Source: Phycisphaerales bacterium JB060
GTDB lineage: Bacteria; Planctomycetota; Phycisphaerae; Phycisphaerales; UBA1924
Assembly: GCA_044440025.1 (NCBI GenBank)
Contig: JBITAF010000033.1
Coordinates: 702-64,701 of the forward strand
Reading direction: 5' to 3'
Length of the DNA stretch: 64,000 nt
Below the pieces are notes generated by a model. The model saw only the letters and a list, made by a program, of their open reading frames with translations. It did no database searches and was not told where the DNA came from. Shown here piece by piece: positions 50,278 through 56,820 of this stretch (the stretch's first letter is position 1; every line of letters begins with the position of its first letter). The position numbers were made by a program, and so were the translations under genes.

Positions 50278-51147
50278 CTAATCCCCAATCCCTATCTTCC
50301 GCGTCACGCTCACCGCCGGATACAACCCCGACACCCGTTCCCTGGGCTCGACCCGCGCCCGGTGCCGGGGGTTCAGCGGCTGGAGCCGGATCAACTCCTC
50401 GCCGTCGCCCGACCGCTCGAAGTACACCCGCTTGAACGTCGTCTCGCTATCGGGCTCGATCAGCCTCGCGAAGCAGTCCATCCCGTCGCGCACCTCGCGC
50501 CCGGGGCTGAAGATCACCACGTCGCCCTCGCGGTACGTTGGCTCCATGCTGTCCCCGGTAATGCGCGCGGCGAACGCGTCGGGGTCGCCAAGCTCGGGCG
50601 CCGCCACGTAGCTGTCGGCCACACGAGCCGGATACCCAAGATCGGTGAACTCGGCCGCCTGCCCCGCCGGCACCAGGTTAATCAGCGGCACCGCCCGCGG
50701 CAGCAGCGCCTCGACCTTCTCGCCCTCGCCCGATGTCCCCCCCTGGGGCGCGATGCGATCCACCAGCCGCGCCAGCACGCCAGACTCGAACGCCCGATCG
50801 AGCCCGCCAGGCCCGGCCGCTCGCAGCATGGCCGCGAGCTGCCGGGCCGCCTGCCCCTGCTCGCGCCGCTCGGCCAGCTCCTCGCGCACCACCGCGGGCG
50901 TGCTCTGCATCGCCAGCATCTCGCGCAGGGAGCCCGGCTCCATCTCCAGCGCCCGCTCAAGCCCGGCCAGCACACGCTCGGTCGGCGCCCCCCGCTTGCC
51001 GCGCTCCAGCAGCGAGAGGTACCCCTTCGTGCACCCCGCCCGCTCGGCCGTTTCGCGCAAACTCAGGCCCAGCCGCAGCCGGCGATCCCGCAGGCGTTCG
51101 CCGAACCCGCTCGCCGAATCATCATTGCTGATGTCCGCTCCGGACAT
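50278..51147 (-). CDS. CI/LexA-like repressor: XRE-family HTH plus S24 peptidase domain
   Basis: HTH region LSLRETAERAGCTKGYLSLLERG. S24 serine motif ITGDSMEP and lysine region TFKRV. GGAGGGAG RBS before ATG 51147. Confidence 0.85.
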   Translation of the reverse strand: MSGADISNDDSASGFGERLRDRRLRLGLSLRETAERAGCTKGYLSLLERGKRGAPTERVLAGLERALEMEPGSLREMLAMQSTPAVVREELAERREQGQAARQLAAMLRAAGPGGLDRAFESGVLARLVDRIAPQGGTSGEGEKVEALLPRAVPLINLVPAGQAAEFTDLGYPARVADSYVAAPELGDPDAFAARITGDSMEPTYREGDVVIFSPGREVRDGMDCFARLIEPDSETTFKRVYFERSGDGEELIRLQPLNPRHRARVEPRERVSGLYPAVSVTRKIGIGD

Positions 51148-51202
51148 GGCCCGCTCCCTCCGATACCCGCCGTAGGCGTCCCAATGGCGGTTTCTGCGTT
51201 CC

Positions 51203-51299
51203 ATCGCCACCGAACTGCGCAATCTGGTGGCGATACCAAACATTAGCCTTGCATTTGTTTGCAATCCAGTCGACAATAGGGCGTCAGTATCCTGGATTG
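51203..51299. promoter_or_regulatory. Divergent control region with three inverted repeats (candidate operators)
   Basis: ATCGCCACC(51203-11)/GGTGGCGAT(51226-34). TTGCA(51249-53)/TGCAA(51260-64). CAATCCAG(51262-69)/CTGGATTG(51292-99). GGAG RBS at 51307-51310. Confidence 0.4.
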
Positions 51300-51319
51300 A
51301 GTAAACGGAGCGCAACGCC

Positions 51320-51757
51320 ATGCAGACAAGACTGGACGACGCCGCCCTGGATATGCGCAGAAAGCAGCGACGGGCCCTGGTCACCCGCGTGCTGGACGCC
51401 GCCGACCACCTGCCCCCGGAAGAACGCCAGCTTCTCATCGCAATCTACGGCCGCGGCATGGCTGTCAGCGAGGCCGCCGCCATGCTGGGAACCCCCGAGC
51501 GCCAGCTCCGCCGACGCGTGCGGGCCCTGGTCCGCCGGGTGTGCGACCCCACGTTCGACGCCGCCGTCCGCCTGAGCCCGGACATGCCCCGCCAGCTCCG
51601 CCAGGTCGCCCAGCTCAAGGCCATCGAGGGCCTGCCCATGCGGCAGATCGCCCAAAGGCTGGGCGTGAGCTACCACACCGTTCGCAAGCACTACGACGCA
51701 TTCCGCGCCCTGATCGAGGCCGCCGGCTCGCGCTCCACGCCCGGGAGTGCCGCGTGA
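51320..51757 (+). CDS. DNA-binding protein with two tandem sigma-70 region-4-like HTH units (candidate small terminase or late activator)
   Basis: LPPEERQLLIAIYGRGMAVSEAAAMLGTPERQLRRRV and LRQVAQLKAIEGLPMRQIAQRLGVSYHTVRKH. Confidence 0.7.
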   Translation: MQTRLDDAALDMRRKQRRALVTRVLDAADHLPPEERQLLIAIYGRGMAVSEAAAMLGTPERQLRRRVRALVRRVCDPTFDAAVRLSPDMPRQLRQVAQLKAIEGLPMRQIAQRLGVSYHTVRKHYDAFRALIEAAGSRSTPGSAA

Positions 51758-52452
51758 ACGCCCGCGTCGCCCACGCCCGCGCCCTGTTCGCCCTGCCCGT
51801 GGGCAGCGCCGAGCCCTGCCGCCGCAGCGCCCTGCGCGCCGCCCGCGATTCCGCCCGCTCGCTCGCGCAGCTCGAGCCCGGCCAGATCGCCCTGCTCACC
51901 GGCCCCAGCGGCAGCGGAAAGAGCACCGCCATCGCGATGCTCCGCCGCCGGCTTGCGCGCATGGGACGCACCATTGTCCGCCCGCCCGCGCACCTGTCCA
52001 GTCGCCGGCCCACCATCGAGCACGTGGGCGATAACCTCGACCAGGCACTTGGACTGCTCGGCGCCGCCGGCCTGGCCGAGGCATCCCTGCTCGTGCGTCC
52101 GGCCGGCCGACTGAGCACCGGCCAGCTCGCGCGCCTGACCATCGCCGCTGCCATGGACCGCTGCACGCCCGGCTGCGTGCTCATCGTCGACGAGTTCGCC
52201 GCCACGCTCGATGCGCCCACCGCCCACTCGATGGCCCACGCTCTGGCGCGCTGGTGCCGACGCAAGCGCATCACGCTGGTTGCCTGCAGCGCTCGAGAAG
52301 ACACGCTCGAAGCGCTCGCGCCCGACCTGCTCGTCGTCCTGCCCCTGCCCGGCGATCGCCCGTCGCCGCCCCTCGTCATCACCCGCGCCCCCGCGGAGCC
52401 ATGCCGTGGCACACGCCTCGCTCGTCCGCCGATTCCGCGTCCTGCGCACTGA
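51754..52452 (+). CDS. Soluble ABC-type ATPase (no permease partner)
   Basis: Walker A LLTGPSGSGKST, signature-like LSTGQLARL, and Walker B CVLIVDEFAATLD. The GTG start overlaps the upstream stop (GTGA at 51754-51757). Confidence 0.7.
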   Translation: MNARVAHARALFALPVGSAEPCRRSALRAARDSARSLAQLEPGQIALLTGPSGSGKSTAIAMLRRRLARMGRTIVRPPAHLSSRRPTIEHVGDNLDQALGLLGAAGLAEASLLVRPAGRLSTGQLARLTIAAAMDRCTPGCVLIVDEFAATLDAPTAHSMAHALARWCRRKRITLVACSAREDTLEALAPDLLVVLPLPGDRPSPPLVITRAPAEPCRGTRLARPPIPRPAH

Positions 52453-53080
52453 CCCCATCACCATCGAAACCGGCACGTATGACGACCTTCGCGCGCTGTC
52501 GCGCTACCACTACGTGGCCGGTCGGCCCGGGCCCATCACCCGTATCCTGCGCGCGAGCGCCGGCGGCGAGACCGTGGGCGTGCTGGCCGCGTCGATGCCG
52601 ACCCTCAACGGTCGGTGGCGCAGCATCGCCTGGCCGGGCGACTACGACACGCCCGACAAGCGCGCCAACGCCCTGCGCCTCAACCACGACGTCCGCGTGA
52701 TCTCGCGCGTCATCGTCGACCCGCGGTACCGCGGCCGCGGCGTCGCTGTCCGGCTCGTGCGCGCGTACCTGGACGCCCCGTGCACCGAGCGCACCGAAGC
52801 CCTGGCCGCCATGGCCCACGCGTGCCCCTTCTTCGAGCGAGCCGGCATGGAGCGGATCGACCTGCCGCCGAGCAAGGCCGACGCAAAGCTGCTGCGCGCC
52901 ATGGCCCGCCACGGCGTCGAGCCGGCCGACCTGCTCGCGAGCCTGCCCGCGGCGATCACCCCGAGCCTGCGCGCGTGGGCCGGGGCCCGAAAGCTCCGCG
53001 GCGGCGACATCGCCGCGCGGGCATTTGCGCTGCTCACCCACCCACCCGTCGCCCACGTGCACAAACGGAGCCAGCCGTGA
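52406..53080 (+). CDS. GNAT-fold acetyltransferase-like protein
   Basis: Acetyl-CoA motif VIVDPRYRGRGVAVRLV. The start is tentatively GTG 52406, a 47-nt overlap with the ATPase gene. Confidence 0.6.
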   Translation: MAHASLVRRFRVLRTDPITIETGTYDDLRALSRYHYVAGRPGPITRILRASAGGETVGVLAASMPTLNGRWRSIAWPGDYDTPDKRANALRLNHDVRVISRVIVDPRYRGRGVAVRLVRAYLDAPCTERTEALAAMAHACPFFERAGMERIDLPPSKADAKLLRAMARHGVEPADLLASLPAAITPSLRAWAGARKLRGGDIAARAFALLTHPPVAHVHKRSQP

Positions 53081-54525
53081 CGCCGCTGCCGGCGCGGCCG
53101 GCGACGATCGAAGAATTGGCCGCCTGCGTTCGCGCGGCCCTGGACGTGCGCCTGAGCGACAAGCCGCTGGCGTACCTCGCGCACGCGTTCTTTGCCGACC
53201 ACATGCCCGATGCGCTCGGCAACACCGCCGACGACCCGATCGACGCCGTCGTGTGGGCCAACCGCGGGGGCGGCAAAACGTTCCTGGGCGCCGTCGCCAC
53301 GCTGCTCGACCTGGTGTACAAGCCCGGCATCGAGGTGCGCATCCTGGGCGGCTCGCTCGAGCAGGCCCAGCGCATGCACGCGCACCTGCGGCATCTCATC
53401 CGGCGCCCGGCCGTGAGCGACCTGGTCGAGGGACGCGTGACCGATCGACGGGTCGAGCTGATCAACGGGTCGAGGCTCGAGCTGCTCGCCCAATCGCAGG
53501 CGTCGGTCCGTGGCACGCGCATCCAGAAGCTGCGCTGCGACGAGGTCGAGCTGTTCGACCCGGCCGTGTGGGAGGCCGCCCAGCTCACCACGCGCAGCAA
53601 GACCGTCGAGTACGACGGCAAGCCATACACCATCCGCGGCTCCATCGAGGCGCTCAGCACGATGCACCGCTCGCACGGCCTCATGCGCGACGTGGTCGAC
53701 CAGGCCAACGCGGGCACGCGGCGGCTGTTCAAGTGGGGCGTGGTCGACGTGCTCGATCGCTGCGATGAGCAGTATCAGTGCGACGGCTGCCCGCTGTGGA
53801 ACGAGTGCCAGGGCTCGGCCAAGCGCGACGACCGACCGGCGGGGCACCTGTCGATCGCCGACGCGATCTCGCTGAAGGGGCGTGTATCGCTGAGCACGTG
53901 GGACGCCGAGATGCGCTGCGAGCGGCCCAAGAGCGACGACGCCGTGCTGCCCGAGTTCGATCGGGCCGTGCACGTGCGCGAGATACCGGACATCGACGAA
54001 GACTGGCAATGGGTGCTGGGCATGGACTTCGGGTATCGCTCGCCGACGGTGATCGTGTGGGGCGCGCTCAGCCCCGAGGGCATGCTGCACATCGTGCGCG
54101 AGCGCGTGGCGAGCCGGTGCCTGCTGGCCGAGCACATCGACGCGATGCTTGAAGACGAGTCGCAGAAGCCGAGCTGGATCGGCATCGACCCCGCCGGCTG
54201 GCAGGGCAACGCGCAGACGGGCCTCAGCGACGCCCAGCAGATCCAACGCGCGGGCCTGAGCGTGCGCGCCCGGCGCACCACCATCCGCGCCGGGCTCGAC
54301 CTGCTGCGCGCCCGCTTGCGCCCGGCGACCGGCGAGCCCACGCTGTTCATCTCCCCCGACTGCCCGCACCTGATCGAGAGCCTGGAGCGTTACCACTACG
54401 ACATGCAGCGGCCGATGAGCGAGGAGCCGGCCAAGGACGGCCCCGACCACGCCGTCGATGCGCTGCGATACCTGGTGACGAACCTGGATCGGCCCGGGGC
54501 GCTGAAGGCGGGGAGTTACTTGTGA
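53077..54525 (+). CDS. Phage terminase large subunit
   Basis: Walker A WANRGGGKTF and Walker B LRCDEVE. Nuclease acidic residues GMDFGY, GIDPAG and DHAVDALRY. The GTG overlaps the GNAT stop (GTGA at 53077-53080). The track ORF extends spuriously to 52615. Confidence 0.85.
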   Translation: MTPLPARPATIEELAACVRAALDVRLSDKPLAYLAHAFFADHMPDALGNTADDPIDAVVWANRGGGKTFLGAVATLLDLVYKPGIEVRILGGSLEQAQRMHAHLRHLIRRPAVSDLVEGRVTDRRVELINGSRLELLAQSQASVRGTRIQKLRCDEVELFDPAVWEAAQLTTRSKTVEYDGKPYTIRGSIEALSTMHRSHGLMRDVVDQANAGTRRLFKWGVVDVLDRCDEQYQCDGCPLWNECQGSAKRDDRPAGHLSIADAISLKGRVSLSTWDAEMRCERPKSDDAVLPEFDRAVHVREIPDIDEDWQWVLGMDFGYRSPTVIVWGALSPEGMLHIVRERVASRCLLAEHIDAMLEDESQKPSWIGIDPAGWQGNAQTGLSDAQQIQRAGLSVRARRTTIRAGLDLLRARLRPATGEPTLFISPDCPHLIESLERYHYDMQRPMSEEPAKDGPDHAVDALRYLVTNLDRPGALKAGSYL

Positions 54526-54543
54526 GCCAGCTATGCTGAGGTC

Positions 54544-55437
54544 GTGCCCGCGAAACCAACAACCTGGCGCAAACGCCCGCGGCGCAAGCCTGTGGCCGAG
54601 TTCGTGTGCTGGAGCGACATCGGACGCAGCATGCGGTCGCGCCTGCTCTGTACGGGGCTCGCGGATTGGCACAAGGAGGGCGCCGCCCGGGTTCAAGCCA
54701 TCAGCCCGAAGCGGGGCCATTCGAACCCGCAGGCGAGTCGGGTGTTTCATCCCTGCAAGAAGTGCGGCGCGAAACGCATCGATCTCGTTGAACAGCCAGT
54801 CGACATCACGCTATTGGATCAGACGTATGGCGGCGACAAGCTTGACGCGAGCAAGCTGCGGAATCTTCGAGTCTCGATTCCATTGCAATGGCCCGTCGCG
54901 GTTGTGAGTCTACAAGCAATGGATGCACTGGCGCCTTACCTGGATGACGGATTCCTCATCGGCAACGTCCATCTGATCACGGGCGAGAAGCTGGGCGGCT
55001 TTCGCAGCATGCTCGATCGGAAGCACATACCGCACCGGACGAAATACACGAAGGAATGGTTCAAGTACTCTGGCAGCGCTCAGTTTGGACGATGTGGGCA
55101 CTGCGATCGATTGCGGTGTCACCTGACGATGGGCGGCACCTACATCCTTGAGCGCGAGATTCCCGGCACCGGCGTCCGGTTCGATGGGCTTGGCCTGACC
55201 GTGGAACGGGGCGTGGCCGAGAAGCTGGACTTGTTCAACAAGCGTTTGTGGCCGGGTGGGCAGTGGTACACCATCCCCGTGTTCGACGAGCGACTCGACC
55301 CCATCCCCGAGCCCTGGCCGCGCACCTGGAGCGAGTTGGCGCAAGGCGTGGCGCGCAACGGCGACTTTCCGTTCGACGAACTCGGCACGTGGACCGAGAA
55401 GCTGCGGCGGGATGTGGAGTCGCAGGAACCAGGTTGA
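54544..55437 (+). CDS. Hypothetical Cys-motif protein (CKKCG ... CGHCD), visibly lower-GC cargo-like gene
   Basis: 297 aa ORF directly after the terminase. Weak resemblance to double-CXXCG motif proteins. The N-terminal 30-60 aa and the start are uncertain. Confidence 0.5.
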   Translation: MPAKPTTWRKRPRRKPVAEFVCWSDIGRSMRSRLLCTGLADWHKEGAARVQAISPKRGHSNPQASRVFHPCKKCGAKRIDLVEQPVDITLLDQTYGGDKLDASKLRNLRVSIPLQWPVAVVSLQAMDALAPYLDDGFLIGNVHLITGEKLGGFRSMLDRKHIPHRTKYTKEWFKYSGSAQFGRCGHCDRLRCHLTMGGTYILEREIPGTGVRFDGLGLTVERGVAEKLDLFNKRLWPGGQWYTIPVFDERLDPIPEPWPRTWSELAQGVARNGDFPFDELGTWTEKLRRDVESQEPG

Positions 55438-55453
55438 TCGCGCCGGCCACGCT

Positions 55454-55792
55454 TCAGTGCCTGAACAACCGGTACACCATCAGGATGCCGCCGCTGAGCA
55501 GCGCGCCGGCGATGAGGCCGACGATGCCGCCCATGGCGGCGCCCCAGCCGGGGCCGATCTCTTCGGGGGCCATGAACGCGCCGACGCCGGCGGCGAGGGC
55601 GATGCTGGCCAGGATGAAGACGGCCTGGAAGAGGTTGTCCTTCACGCGCAGGTTGGGCCCGACGGCTACGTCGGCGACGATCTCGTGCGTGGCGGCCCGC
55701 CTGCGCGGCGTGCGGCCCTTCGGCACGGGCGGGGGGCCGGGCTTGTGGCCTTCGTCGGGAACGGGCGGGGGGCCATCGGGGTGGTGTGCCAT
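55454..55792 (-). CDS. Small membrane protein (Pro-rich N-terminus, two TM segments)
   Basis: MAHHPDGPPPVP... followed by FQAVFILASIALAAGVGAF and GGIVGLIAGALLSGGILMV. The track ORF continues upstream through the repeat array (to 56152), which I treat as noncoding. Confidence 0.55.
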   Translation of the reverse strand: MAHHPDGPPPVPDEGHKPGPPPVPKGRTPRRRAATHEIVADVAVGPNLRVKDNLFQAVFILASIALAAGVGAFMAPEEIGPGWGAAMGGIVGLIAGALLSGGILMVYRLFRH

Positions 55793-55848
55793 GGTGGGCG
55801 ATGGTATCGGCGGGTGGACCGGGGGTGTTCTGGGGGTGCGGGGATGGC

Positions 55849-56075
55849 TCCGGGCGCGCCCTGAAAGGCTTGGGCCGTGGCCCGAGCGATTCCGGGCGCG
55901 CCCTGGGAGGCTTGGGCCGTGGCCCGAACGGCTCCGGGCGCGCCCTGGGAGGCCTAGGCCGTGGCCCGAGCGGTTCCGGGCGCGCCCCGAGAGGCTTGGG
56001 CCACGGCCTGAGCGGTTTCGGGCGCGCCCTGAGAGGCTTGGGCCGCGCCCTGAGCGGTTCAGGCCGTGGCCCGCG
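55849..56075. repeat. Tandem array of a 42-bp unit, 5 full copies plus a partial copy, each with the palindrome GGGCGCGCCC
   Basis: Units at 55849, 55891, 55933, 55975 and 56017. Consensus TCCGGGCGCGCCCTGRGAGGCTTGGGCCGTGGCCCGAGCGGT. Lies in a divergent intergenic region. Confidence 0.9.
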
Positions 56076-56157
56076 GGGCGTGCGCGGCGGCGCACGCGGG
56101 CTTCCCGGGGGCGATGCGCAGTTCCTGCGCGTCCGGCGGGGGCGGCTAGCATCGGGC

Positions 56158-56808
56158 ATGAAGCCGAGCAACCCCTGCCCGCGTGCCCTTCTGGTGCTGC
56201 CCCTGCTTGCGTTGCGGGCCCTGCTGGCCCTGCCCGCCTGCGAGGAGGCGGCGATCGAGGAGCGGGCCGTGCCCGAGGGGGCCGAGACCATCGCCGAGCC
56301 GCCCCAGACCCAGACCCAGACCCAGACCGAGCCCGCCGCGGCGGCCGAGGCGGCAGATGGGCAGCCGGCCTTCGCCGAGGACGCCGAGGCGTGGCCCTGG
56401 GCGGCGCCGGCGGGCTGGCGCCGCGTCGACCAGGAGCGGCCGATGCGTCTGGCGACGTACGTGATCGAATCGGGCGACGCCGGGGACGCGGTGGAGGTCG
56501 CCATCAGCCGGTTCCCCGGGGACGTGGGCGGCATGCTGGCCAACGTGAACCGCTGGCGCGGGCAGGTGGGGCTGGCGCCGGTGGCGTCGGGCGAGCTGGA
56601 CGGCATGATGGAGCGCTTCGAGAACCCCGGCTTCGTGGGGCACACGATGCGGCTGGAGGGGCCCGAGGGGCACATGCTGGTGGCCAGCATCCATGAGGCC
56701 GCACAGGACCGGACGTGGTTCGTGCGGGTGACCACCGATGCGGCGGCGGCCGACGCGGTCCAGGACGAGGTGTTCGCCTTCGCGCGCACGTTCGGGGCCG
56801 GAGGCTGA
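56158..56808 (+). CDS. Hypothetical lipoprotein, first gene of the ccsBA-nrfHA cluster
   Basis: Signal peptide and lipobox LLALPAC. QTQTQT linker. Conserved-looking block LANVNRWRGQVGL. Confidence 0.7.
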   Translation: MKPSNPCPRALLVLPLLALRALLALPACEEAAIEERAVPEGAETIAEPPQTQTQTQTEPAAAAEAADGQPAFAEDAEAWPWAAPAGWRRVDQERPMRLATYVIESGDAGDAVEVAISRFPGDVGGMLANVNRWRGQVGLAPVASGELDGMMERFENPGFVGHTMRLEGPEGHMLVASIHEAAQDRTWFVRVTTDAAAADAVQDEVFAFARTFGAGG

Positions 56809-56820
56809 TAGGCTGCGGGC

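Larger units (their letters stand above)
50278..54525. mobile_element. Phage-derived regulatory/packaging module (repressor plus HTH-ATPase-GNAT-TerL operon)
   Basis: Repressor divergent from an operon that ends in an intact-looking large terminase. No integrase or replication genes are nearby. Confidence 0.55.

Noticed and set aside
50262-50290. Telomere-like TAATCCC-type short repeats
   Set aside because: They fall in the last codons of the repressor gene (…RKIGIGD stop) and in the short convergent spacer. There are only about three imperfect copies.
55454-56152. N-terminal SGRGPSLSGRARNR-repeat extension of the small membrane protein; likewise ORF 55786-56808 extending the lipoprotein and ORF 61542-63254 extending the GbsR-like protein
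   Set aside because: The extensions are made only of repeat-array sequence. The lipoprotein has a proper signal peptide and lipobox at the internal ATG. The regulator has a plausible RBS and an AT-rich operator at the internal start. The case for the small membrane protein is the least certain.
56305-56328. (CAGACC)x4 microsatellite
   Set aside because: It lies inside the lipoprotein CDS, where it encodes a QTQTQTQT linker. It is probably coding low complexity, although it shares CAGACC with the 21-bp array unit.
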